From: Deltaproteobacteria bacterium
GTDB taxonomy: Bacteria; Myxococcota_A; Polyangia; Fen-1088
DNA length: 64,000 nucleotides
Assembly (NCBI GenBank): GCA_033763315.1
Contig: JANRKS010000021.1
Location: 74,205-138,204, forward strand
Direction of reading: 5' to 3'
Part shown: in pieces, positions 18,194 through 28,200 of the stretch
Layout: each line of letters begins with the position of its first letter
Position numbering within the stretch: the stretch's first letter is position 1
Program-made: the position numbers and the translations under genes
The notes under the pieces: model-generated
What the model saw: the letters and a program-made list of their open reading frames with translations, nothing else
What the model was told of the DNA's origin: nothing
Database searches by the model: none

Positions 18194-19673
18194 GTCGACC
18201 CACTCCCAGAAACGGCCACAAGACCAGCAGATACCCAACAATGAAGACCGCAACCGGCAGCCACACCGAATGCGAAAGGCTAGCCGAAACAAAGGCCGAC
18301 ATGGCAGCGATGCTCACAGGAATCGTGGCAGCCAACAGTGGTCGAGCTGAAAACCGAACATTGAGCAACACGCGCACTTGCGCAAGCTGCAGGATCTGCT
18401 GCACGCACGTGCCTGTGGCCACGGCAATGGCGGCTCCCAAAAGCTGAAGCCGAGGCACCAAAAGCAGGTTCAATGAAACGTTCACGGCTGTGGCTATCAC
18501 CGCGTTGACAAGGTTGAGAGCGGGGCGGCCGCTCATCCCTAACACGTTTCCCGACAGTCCAAACGTGCAGCTGACAACCGCGCTTAACAGCAACACAACG
18601 AAAAAGGAGGTTTGCCCCGTGGGCGCCTTGGCGACCTCGAGAATGCCATGGCGTAACAGAATGCAAAGGCCAGCCACCGGTGCCGCCAGCCACAAACACC
18701 AACCACTAACTTTGCCGATGCTTTGGGAGAGCAGGCTCGTTCTTCCCTCGCGAGCCAAGCGCGCCACGAGGCTCGCGTAAACGCCCGCGAACGCCACACG
18801 GATCGTGAAGATCTGTCGAGCGATCTCGGAACCTACCCGGTAGGCCGTAATTAGTCTGTCAGGCAGTGATGCCATTCCCAAGAGCAACAGGTCGACGTCA
18901 AACGTGGCTTGATAAAAGGCCATGTTTAAGGACTGGGGCAGAGCGAACCTCAAAACCGCGCGGTGAGGAGCGGCGCCCCAGGCGCTCCGCAACCCATGAG
19001 GCTTAAAACGCCTACAATAGAGGAAGAGCGCGACCGCCGCGGCCGTCACTTGTGAAATGGTGAAGGCCCAGCAGATGGCGATGGAGGTTGGCGTTGCTTG
19101 GCGCAACAAGGCAAGCGAGGCGAAGAGAACAAGCGGCAGCACAAGGCTCTTGACGATCACGTCGCTTCCCATGCGCATCGAAGATCGCATCACTGCCGTG
19201 GTGATCGAGGCGAGTGACATGAAGGGAAGGCTGGCCGCCACCACCAAGAAGGCCGGTCCCAACCCCGGACGTGAAAACAGCAGACTTCCCAGGGTCTCGC
19301 CGGTCGCCCCAAGGACAATGGCACACAACGTGGAGACGCCTATCGCGTAGGCGGCGGCAGCAAGCACGACGCCATGGATGCGCTCGATGTCCTTTCTCTT
19401 CAGCTCCGTGTCGAAGGGATGGGCGCACAAGAACTGGGCGGCGTCTGAGAAGCCTGCGGAGCACAGAAACGAACAGATACCAACGCTTGCCATCACGAGA
19501 GCCACGCCTGAGAAACCGGGGCCGTACAGGCGCGACGCGACCAGAGGCAACAACCCGAGCGACAGTCGACCCAACGTTCCGAGAAGATTCACGAAGGCCC
19601 CGCGCTTAAGCAACGTATAGTCAGCGGCGCCAGCCAACGCGCCCCCCACGGACAGGCAAGGGAACTCTTGCAC
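18174..19673 (-). CDS. Oligosaccharide flippase (Wzx/MOP superfamily)
   Basis: 12-14 TM segments; RLYGP, LRFALP, DLLLLG, VLGMSGRP, LLVPRLQLLGAAIA. Confidence 0.8.
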   Translation of the reverse strand: MQEFPCLSVGGALAGAADYTLLKRGAFVNLLGTLGRLSLGLLPLVASRLYGPGFSGVALVMASVGICSFLCSAGFSDAAQFLCAHPFDTELKRKDIERIHGVVLAAAAYAIGVSTLCAIVLGATGETLGSLLFSRPGLGPAFLVVAASLPFMSLASITTAVMRSSMRMGSDVIVKSLVLPLVLFASLALLRQATPTSIAICWAFTISQVTAAAVALFLYCRRFKPHGLRSAWGAAPHRAVLRFALPQSLNMAFYQATFDVDLLLLGMASLPDRLITAYRVGSEIARQIFTIRVAFAGVYASLVARLAREGRTSLLSQSIGKVSGWCLWLAAPVAGLCILLRHGILEVAKAPTGQTSFFVVLLLSAVVSCTFGLSGNVLGMSGRPALNLVNAVIATAVNVSLNLLLVPRLQLLGAAIAVATGTCVQQILQLAQVRVLLNVRFSARPLLAATIPVSIAAMSAFVSASLSHSVWLPVAVFIVGYLLVLWPFLGVGRRVHVAV

Positions 19674-19871
19674 GCGTCCTCCGCTGTATCCGAAAACCGT
19701 TCATTCGCCCGCAGCCTTACCACTCGCGCCGGACATCGCACGAAACGAAACGGCGACAGCGCGCGCCGGCCTTCACCGCGGCCACGTGAATTGAGCGTAA
19801 CGTGAGATTTTCGTTCTCGTCGTCAACCCGCTACGACGTTGCCACGGAAGCCCATTACCATCGAGCCACAG

Positions 19872-21095
19872 ATGCATCGCAAAGGGCGTCATTGCTCGCT
19901 GGGGTTTTCACGCCGCACCGTCGTTGCCGGGTTGTTGTCGGCGGGTGCGGCGACCCGGTTCGATGGGGACGCGCCCTGCTCGAGGAGTCCCTTGCTGTCG
20001 ACGTTTTGGTGTCCCTCAGCTTTGACCGTGGAGCAGCACACAGATCCCGCCATCGCTAAGCTGGCTGCCCTGCACAGTCCGGCCCTTGCCTTTACGAACC
20101 CAAACATGTGGCCCGTTGACGTGTCGTATAGCTGGCACGACGGCAGCGACCTGTACTTCGAGGACGTAGGCGGCAAACAGCGAACCGTTCTCACCAATCG
20201 GCTGCTTCGCGAACCGGCAGCCTTCTTTGCACCCAGCGCCGATCACCGCCGCAAGCACTACATCAACAGCCCAGGCGATGGCCCACAGCAAGACGCGTGG
20301 GCGACGGCGTGGCTACGCATTCAAGGACACACGCCCGCAACGGCACTTTATCCACCCACGCAATACGTTCACGCATTTTGGTTGAACCGCCACCTGGGCC
20401 TCTTGGCGATCCAGTATTGGTTCTTCTACCCATTTAATGACTGGGTGAATCGCCACGAAGGCGATTGGGAGCACGTGGCCACGGTGTTCAAAGGCCCAAC
20501 CGCGCTGGAGAATCCCGGCGCCTTCACGCCGGTGGCCACGTTCTTCTATTTTCATGAATGGGTACATGAGGCAAAACAGGTACTGCACCTCAGAGGTGGT
20601 TCTGCCGCTGCAAAGCATCCCGTTGTTTTCGTGGGGGGTCAGGGCGACATGTGGAACCTGTGGCACTGTTCACATCGACAAAGCGGCGGCAGCTACCCTT
20701 GCGCTGGTAGGTTTGCGAACGCAGGTGCCGACAGGGGTTGGCTGGTGTCACCGTCCGAACAGGTCCAGCCTCCCGCGAGGATCATCCTGCCCGAGGACTT
20801 TAGATTGGTCATGCTGCCTGAGCCTGACCACGTGTCCGAACGGCAGTGGCCTCAACTTTGGTGGCTGCGTTGGAACCTGTTCTTTGGGCAACGCCGGATC
20901 GACGGCAATTTGCCATTGATGGGTGCGCTCGCGCTGGACCATCCGCCACATCACCCCGGGCAACACGTCGACTGGAATATGCGTACCAAGCGTCGGCTGT
21001 GGCCCGGCATTGCGCCGCCAACTAACCCGCTAGTCTTGCCGGCAGCGGTTCGGGATCGCCTCGTAACAATAGACGACCGTGCAAAGCTCACGTGA
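19872..21095 (+). CDS. Vps62-like (HEGDWE-motif) protein with possible Tat signal
   Basis: AIQYWFFYPFND...HEGDWEHV and HPVVFVG motifs; N-terminal SRRTVVAGLL; start uncertain (19839 TTG or 19872 ATG). Confidence 0.55.
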   Translation: MHRKGRHCSLGFSRRTVVAGLLSAGAATRFDGDAPCSRSPLLSTFWCPSALTVEQHTDPAIAKLAALHSPALAFTNPNMWPVDVSYSWHDGSDLYFEDVGGKQRTVLTNRLLREPAAFFAPSADHRRKHYINSPGDGPQQDAWATAWLRIQGHTPATALYPPTQYVHAFWLNRHLGLLAIQYWFFYPFNDWVNRHEGDWEHVATVFKGPTALENPGAFTPVATFFYFHEWVHEAKQVLHLRGGSAAAKHPVVFVGGQGDMWNLWHCSHRQSGGSYPCAGRFANAGADRGWLVSPSEQVQPPARIILPEDFRLVMLPEPDHVSERQWPQLWWLRWNLFFGQRRIDGNLPLMGALALDHPPHHPGQHVDWNMRTKRRLWPGIAPPTNPLVLPAAVRDRLVTIDDRAKLT

Positions 21096-21295
21096 AAATT
21101 CTTTTCCCAATTGAAAGAGATTCGCCGCAGCCTTGCAACAACATGCGACCTGACCGCCGACGAGTTGTCACCAGGTTGTAAGCCCAAACGCCCTTACGGG
21201 CGCCATGTTGTCCTTGCGATGGTTCCCACACTACCAATTGCGTTCGCAACGGCACCCGCCCTGTCAGCCCATGAAACTGCGAGACGCGTTTGACG

Positions 21296-22270
21296 ATGCG
21301 CGAATACAGAAGGGTTTTGGTCACCGGCGGAAACGGATTCATCGGTTCACGCGTTGTGCGCGCTTTGGTATCGCGTGGCATCACGGTCCGCTGTCTTCTG
21401 CGAACCACGTCCAATACGTCACGGATCGATGGTCTGCCGTTTGAGCGCGCGATGGGCGACGTGCGCGACGCGGAATCCGTTCGCCAAGCCTTCAACGGCT
21501 GCGACGCGGCCGTTCATCTCGCCAGCCTCTCAAATTGGAATGACATTGATTCCCCCTTAATGACGGAGGTGGTGATGGGCGGCACGCGCAACGTGTTGGA
21601 CGCGGCCAAGCAATGTGGGAACAAGTTGGTGGTGTTCGTTTCATCGGCGGCGGCGGTCAATGGCTCCGAAACGCCGGAGGTCTTTGCTGAGAATGCGGAG
21701 TTCACGCTGAACCACGCGAAATTGTCTTATGCGCAACACAAGCGCGACGCCGAGGCCTTGTGTGCGCAAAGCGGCGTCCCAGTGGTGGTGGTGAACCCCA
21801 CAGAGGTGTATGGCCCGGAAGACATTGGTTTGATCACCGCAGGTAACCTCGTTGATTTTGCGCGTAGCTCACCAGTGATGGTATGCGACGGTGGCACCAG
21901 CATCGTCCACGTTGACGACGTGGCCGACGGGATCGTCCAGGCGTTGCACCGGGGCCGTCCTCACGAGCGTTACATCCTTGGCGGCGACAATCTGACCGTG
22001 ACGGAACTGGCGCAGATGACGTTGAGTCTGGTGGGACGCAAAGCACGCGTGGTAAAATTGCCGAAGACGGCCATAAGGGCCTTGGCCTCCGTGGGGCGCG
22101 CCACGAAATTGCCGTTGCCCTTTAACCCGCGGGTTATCCCTTACGCCACCCGCTATTGGTTTACCGACAACAAGAAAGCCCGCACGGAACTCGGCGTTGA
22201 CTTTCGCTCCGCCGAGGCAACGCTGCGCCCCACCTTGCAGTGGCTGCAACAAACGGGACACATCTCATGA
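21296..22270 (+). CDS. NAD-dependent epimerase/reductase (extended SDR, HpnA/DFR-like)
   Basis: VLVTGGNGFIGS, HLAS, VSSAAA, YAQHK, VNPTEVYGP, VHVDDVA; ATGA-coupled to the PKS. Confidence 0.85.
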   Translation: MREYRRVLVTGGNGFIGSRVVRALVSRGITVRCLLRTTSNTSRIDGLPFERAMGDVRDAESVRQAFNGCDAAVHLASLSNWNDIDSPLMTEVVMGGTRNVLDAAKQCGNKLVVFVSSAAAVNGSETPEVFAENAEFTLNHAKLSYAQHKRDAEALCAQSGVPVVVVNPTEVYGPEDIGLITAGNLVDFARSSPVMVCDGGTSIVHVDDVADGIVQALHRGRPHERYILGGDNLTVTELAQMTLSLVGRKARVVKLPKTAIRALASVGRATKLPLPFNPRVIPYATRYWFTDNKKARTELGVDFRSAEATLRPTLQWLQQTGHIS

Positions 22271-25200
22271 GCAGGCTCCCCTCGCCCATCGCGATTGTAG
22301 GGATGGGCTGCCGCTTCCCAGGCTCCCCGAACATTCCAGCTTACTGGCGCACGATCAGGGATGGCAAAGTGTGGCTCGCGCCTGTGCCGCGATCGCGCTG
22401 GAACCACGACCTGTTCTATAGCCGCGACAGGGGCTTTCGTGACGCCAACAAGACCTATGTGGATCGCGTCTCACTCATCGATGGGCCTGAACTATTCGCG
22501 CCTGAGGCATTCGGGATCGCCCCCAAGCGCGCGCGTATCATGGACCCCCAGCAGCGCTTGTTCTTGGACGTCGTGCGCGCCGCCCTTGAGGACGCCGGCT
22601 ATGCGAAGCGAGAGCTGAAGCGGGATCGCGTTGGCACGTTTGTGGGCGCCTGTGTTTCCGACTTCATGGATCTGGTCACCGTACGTATGCGGGCAACGCT
22701 GTTGGCCGGCGGCGAATTCGGAGCTCCCTTGCAGGGCGACGAGATCCACAACGAGCTCACAAAGAACGTTGTGCCTCTCGCCGCACATACAGTGGTTGGG
22801 TCACTGCTCAACATGGTGGCGGCGAACGTGAATCAGGCCTATGACTTCGGCGGTCCTGCGTTCAGCACGGACGCTGCCTGCTCATCGGCCTTGGTGGCCC
22901 TTCATGAAGCCATGCTGCATCTGCGACATGGCACCTGCGACACGGCCATCGTCGGCGGTGTGTACATGGTGCTTTCACCCGACAACGTGCTCGGATTTTC
23001 GCGTATAGGGGCTGTGTCTGAGGCCAACATTTGCCGGCCGTTCGATCAGCGCGCCGACGGCTTCGTGGTGGGCGAAGGCATTGGCGCGGTGGTCTGCAAA
23101 CGCCTTGAAACCGCGCTCGCCGACAAAGATCGAATTTATGCCGTCATCCCAGGGATGGGCATGAACAACGATGGGCGCGGCGACGGTCCGATGACGCCTC
23201 GTAAAGAAGGTCAGCTCGCCGTTCTGGAGCGGGCCCATCAGGACAGTGGCATCGCGCCTTCGCGGGTTGAAGTTGTGGAGGCGCATGGCACCGCCACACC
23301 GGTGGGAGACGCCACCGAGGTTGCCGCGTTGGCCGAGTTCCGCGGCGATACATCGGGCCGGCCCTGTGCCCTCTCATCAGCGAAGGCCAACATCGGGCAC
23401 TCCATGAGTGCGGCCGGCATCGCCGGCTTGATCAGGGCAACGCTGGCGGTTCATCACGCAACGATTCCGATGCACGCTTCATACGAGCAGCCCCGCGCAG
23501 ACCTTCGGCTGCATGAGAGAGGCCTATACATCCCCAACCGCAGCATCCCCTGGCAGCGCCAGGACGCGCTTCCTCGCACGGTAGGTGTCAGCTCTTTCGG
23601 CTTTGGTGGCACCAACTGCCACGTCATCGTGCAAGAGCCATCCACCTCATCTGCAAGCACAACTCGTGTATTCATGAGCCATTCGATCGAGTCGCCGCCG
23701 CCGCGGCCCGAACTGTTTTTGCTTTCAGCACCAACGGCCGACTTGCTCTGTGAGACAGCCGTTGACCTTCTGGAAGCCTTCGTCGAACAAAACGATGTGT
23801 CGTTGGCAGGCATCGCCGCGAGCCTCGCATCGCGCACCGCTTCGCCTCACCGTGCCGCCTTCATCGCCAGCTCTCATCAACAATTCATCGCGGCGCTGCG
23901 TTGGCTGGCAGCGCCCTCGTCGGAAGAGCCTTCACACATCCACTTAAATCGCGAACCAGTGGGCTCTGATGTGCCAAAGCTCGCCATGCTCTTCCCTGGG
24001 CAGGGCGCCCAAAAGCCCGACATGGCGCGGCCGCTCTACGAACGCTTCGGTGTCTTTCGTGAAGCGCTGGATGCTCTCACAGCAGACTGCGCGATCGATG
24101 GGCGTGCGTTGTTGTCTTATCTTTACCCAACCAACGGCGCACGAGAGAAGGCGCGTGCCACGCTATCGCGCACAGAGATCTGTCAGCCCCTCATGGCCTC
24201 ACTGGGCCTTGCAAGCGCTGCGTTCTTTGATGCCCTGGGTGTCCGTGCGCACGCGGTCGCAGGCCACTCCTTGGGTGAATTTGCAGCCGCTGCGGCCGCG
24301 GGCATTCTGCCGGCACACGAGGCGGTGCAGCTCGTCGCTCGCAGAGGTGCACTCATGGCGTCTATGGCTTTGCCTGATTCAGGAGCCATGCTTGCTTTGT
24401 CCACCGATGCGGCCACCGCGCAAAGAGGTGTGTCACAGCATGATGGATGGGTTGTAGCCAACATCAACCACGCCCGGCAAACAGTGATAGCGGGACCGCG
24501 CGCCTCATGTGAAGCGGTGGCCACTCACTTTCGTGAGCTCTCCATCAAGGCCGTTGCCCTTGACGTATCACATGCCTTTCATTCGCCGTTGATGGACGGC
24601 ATCACGCAGCCCTTCACCTGCTTGGTCAAGCAACTACCGCTGGGGCCAGCAAAGATACCCTTTGTCAGCGCTGTGGAGCCGTCGCTCAGCCCGCTTGCGC
24701 CAGAGCAACTGCGCGCGGCCTGGACGAGGCACGCCACCGCGCCCGTAGATTTCATTGAAACAGTGAGGTCGCTGCACGAGCAAGGATGCCGCGTGTTCCT
24801 GCAAGTGACGGGCGGCCATAGCTTATTAAACATGGCGCGACACACGCTGGCCCACACAGATCCAAGCTGCTCGTACTTGGCCATCACTCAGGATGAGGGG
24901 GACGACGGCACCACATGCCTGCAGACCCTCGCGCGGCTCTTTACGCTTGGCTTCTCCGTGGATGCGCGAGGCCTTGAGGATCCAGCCGCAGACAGAACCG
25001 CCGTCTCGCTGCCGCCATCGCGCCTGCAAACACGAGCGCTGTGGCCCGTCAAACGCGAAACCGTTGCCGCCACCCCACACACCGTCAGCATGCCCAACAA
25101 CGACACCACACCGATGATGCAGCCCAAGCCTCAAGAACCGGCCGCCGGCGGCATGGCCACCGAATCCCCCGCAACGAGACTGAGGGCCCTGTTTGCGCAA

Positions 25201-28200
25201 CAGATGGCGCTGATGGATGCGCATGTGGAGATCATCCGCAAACAAAACGAACTGCTTGCGCAAGCCGCTCAAAGCCCGGCTGCAGAGTTGGCGCCCTTGA
25301 GGCCAGCCGCGCCGGCGACGTCGGCCCCCCCCGTCGTTCAAGCCGCGGCCGTCGCTGCCAGCGTATTTGAGCAACTTCGAGGTGTGGTGAGCCGCATCGC
25401 TGTCACTCCAATTGAAGGGCTGCATTCGCGCACGCGCCTCGGAGCGGATCTTGGGTTCGACTCGTTGATGATCACAGAGCTTTCGGCAGCCCTCACAGAG
25501 GCGTTCAACGGGCTGACCTTGCCTCGCCGCTTGTTTGAAACGGATCTAACGTTGGGGACGTTGGAAAAGGAGATCCGCGACCGCGTCCAAGCGCCCGAAC
25601 CAGCGACGAAGGTGGCCCAAGAGATACGCCTGTTTGAACCAAAGTGGGTGGCGCGTCCGCTCCGCCGCAACGCAAGCACACCATCTGAGAATGGCGCGGT
25701 CGTTCTCCTCAGTGCTGGTGATGATTGGGCTCCCGCACTGGCGAAGGCACTAGAACAGCGTGGACGCACCGTGAGAGCGACAAGCAGCGTACAAGACCCG
25801 TCGCTGCTCAGCGCCCATGTGATCGATCTGCGTCTACTTTCCATCCATGGCACGAACGATGCCGTAAACCTTCTGCAAAGCCTGCGACAAGTGGCGCAGC
25901 GGCGGCCAAGCACATGGCATGTTCTTGCTCACACGCAGAACGCCGCACCCGTGGGTGGTTTTCTTCGCTCGCTTAGCCACGAGGCCTATGGAGCTCAGTT
26001 GGGTTCCGTCGCGTTGGACGATGACGTGACGCCGTCACCAGAGTTTATAGAGGCACTGGTGCAGACCCTGCTGTCTGGCAAGTTTGACGAGGAGGTGCGT
26101 TTCACAGTGGCGGGCGGCCTCGGCCCCTTGTCAACGCAGTTTCATGCCCACGCCTTGCCTTCAACGTTCCCCTCCGCTGCAGGTGTGTTGCTGATTTCGG
26201 GCGCCACGGGTTCCATCGGCGGCAAGCTCGCGCGGCACTACGCCTGCAGCCAGGCGTCGTTGGCACTGCTTGGCCGCAAACCTGCGGACGCGCCAGACGT
26301 CTCAACGTGGCTTGCTGAATTGCGTTCACTTGGTGCAAAGGTTCACTACGCGAGCTGCGACATAACGGATGCGTCAGCTGTGAACAAAGCGGTTCTTGAC
26401 GCGCGGGCGGCTTTGGGTCCGATCACGGCCTGCCTTCACGCCGCGGGCGAGACAGACGATCACCCGGTTCACGCACCCTTTACGGACGCAACAGCCGCCG
26501 TGGTAGCAACCAAAGTGGACGGCGCAGAGAACCTTTGGAACGCACTTCAGAACCAACCGCTGATCACCTTCGTTGCACTTGGTTCGTGGGCGGCACGCTT
26601 TGGCAACCGGCACCAAACAACGTACGCGTTTGCGAACGCTTTGCTCGCGTCCGTAATGTCACGCTTTGAAAGCACACGCCCACAGGTACGCTGCTGCGTG
26701 CTGGAGCTGCCTGCTTGGCGGGGCACGGGGATGGTAACAAAGTTACCTGTCGCCGCGCGCGTGCAGCTTGAAAGCCAGGTGGAGACACTGGCGGATTCGG
26801 AAGGTGTCAACGTTATTGCAGCAGCCCTTTCTGGTGCGCTGGCGAGCGGCACCTACGTGGTGGCGCGACGCCTGCCTCCGATCGAAGAGACCTTCGGTTG
26901 GACACAGACGCTGGCTCCTGATGCCCCTGGCTATCTTTCCTCGCACGTCATCGCCGCACGCCCTGTCCTTCCGTTGGCCGGCGCGATCGATCTCATGTTG
27001 CCCGCCCTCGCCCACCAAGGCATCAAGCTGCCCCTGGCACTGCGAGACGTGGAGGTCGTGCAGGGCGTTGTTCTCGAAGGCGACTCGGCAACGGTGCTCA
27101 CCCGCGTGCGCAATGGTGAAGCCGGCACAATCGTCGAGACGATTAGGCTTGATGATCGAAACCAGATCGGGTTTCGGGCCACCTTGAGCGTCATAGACGA
27201 TCTTCAACCTGTGCAGCTTGGTGACTTGCGAGAGGCTACGTTCGGCGTTGAGCACTTCTATCAACACGCCACATTTCACGGCCCGGCCTTGCGGCCACTG
27301 TTGCAAGTCCGTGGCGTAAGTCAGCACGCGATCTCCGCGCTATGCGAAGCGTCCAGTGTCGAGGGCGGCACGACGCTTGTCAGTGGGCTCGATGGCGTCC
27401 TGCAGGTCTTTGCCTTCTGGTCCGCACATACGTTGGGGCGCGCAGGCTTGCCGTTGGCGATCGACGCGATCCACATCCTCCGCCAACCCGTGGCGCACGA
27501 GGTTCTGTATATTGAAGCCACCGTTGCCACCAACGAGGACGGAACGATGCGCGGCGACGCCGATGTGCGCGACGAACACAACCAACTGGTGTTCAGGCTC
27601 CGGGGTTTCAAAGGCGAACCTCGCGATCTCACCCGACTCGCGGCCGGCCGTAGCCTCGCGTCCGCACGTGTCTTGCCGGAGCGCGAGACGGTATTCGATG
27701 CGCCGCTTGAACACACCAGCGTGCAACACTTTCCAGAGGTGCAAGAGCTGGCGCGCAGAATCACCGCTGCGAAGACCGCGGGAATGCAGATTCCCTATTT
27801 TCGCGCCCACGATGGCATAAACGGAGCCACCGCATCACTGCACGGACGATCGCTGCTGAACTTCTCTTCGTACAACTACCTCGGCTTTTCAGGTCATCCC
27901 GAGGTCACGCGCGCCGCCCAGCGTGCGATTGAAAAGTTCGGCTCTTCGGTGTCTGCCAGCCGGATTGCTTCAGGCGAACGACCGCTTCACCAGCAACTGG
28001 AGCGCGCCCTGGCAAAGCTTCTCGGCAGTGACGATGCCCTTGTGATGGTCGGCGGCCACGCAACCAACGTGTCCATCATCGGTCACCTGCTTGGCCCCGC
28101 AGACCTGGTGATCCATGACAGCCTCGCGCACGATAGCATTCTCGGTGGGGCGCGCTTGTCAGGCGCACGACGACGTCCGTTCCCACACAACAATGTGGAT

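Noticed and set aside
2928-22270. Hopanoid (hpn) cluster, suggested by HpnA-, HpnL-, HpnN- and HpnO-like families
   Set aside because: No squalene synthase, squalene-hopene cyclase or radical-SAM hpn genes in the window; the lipid scaffold gene here is the PKS-AOS. A cyclase beyond the left edge cannot be excluded.
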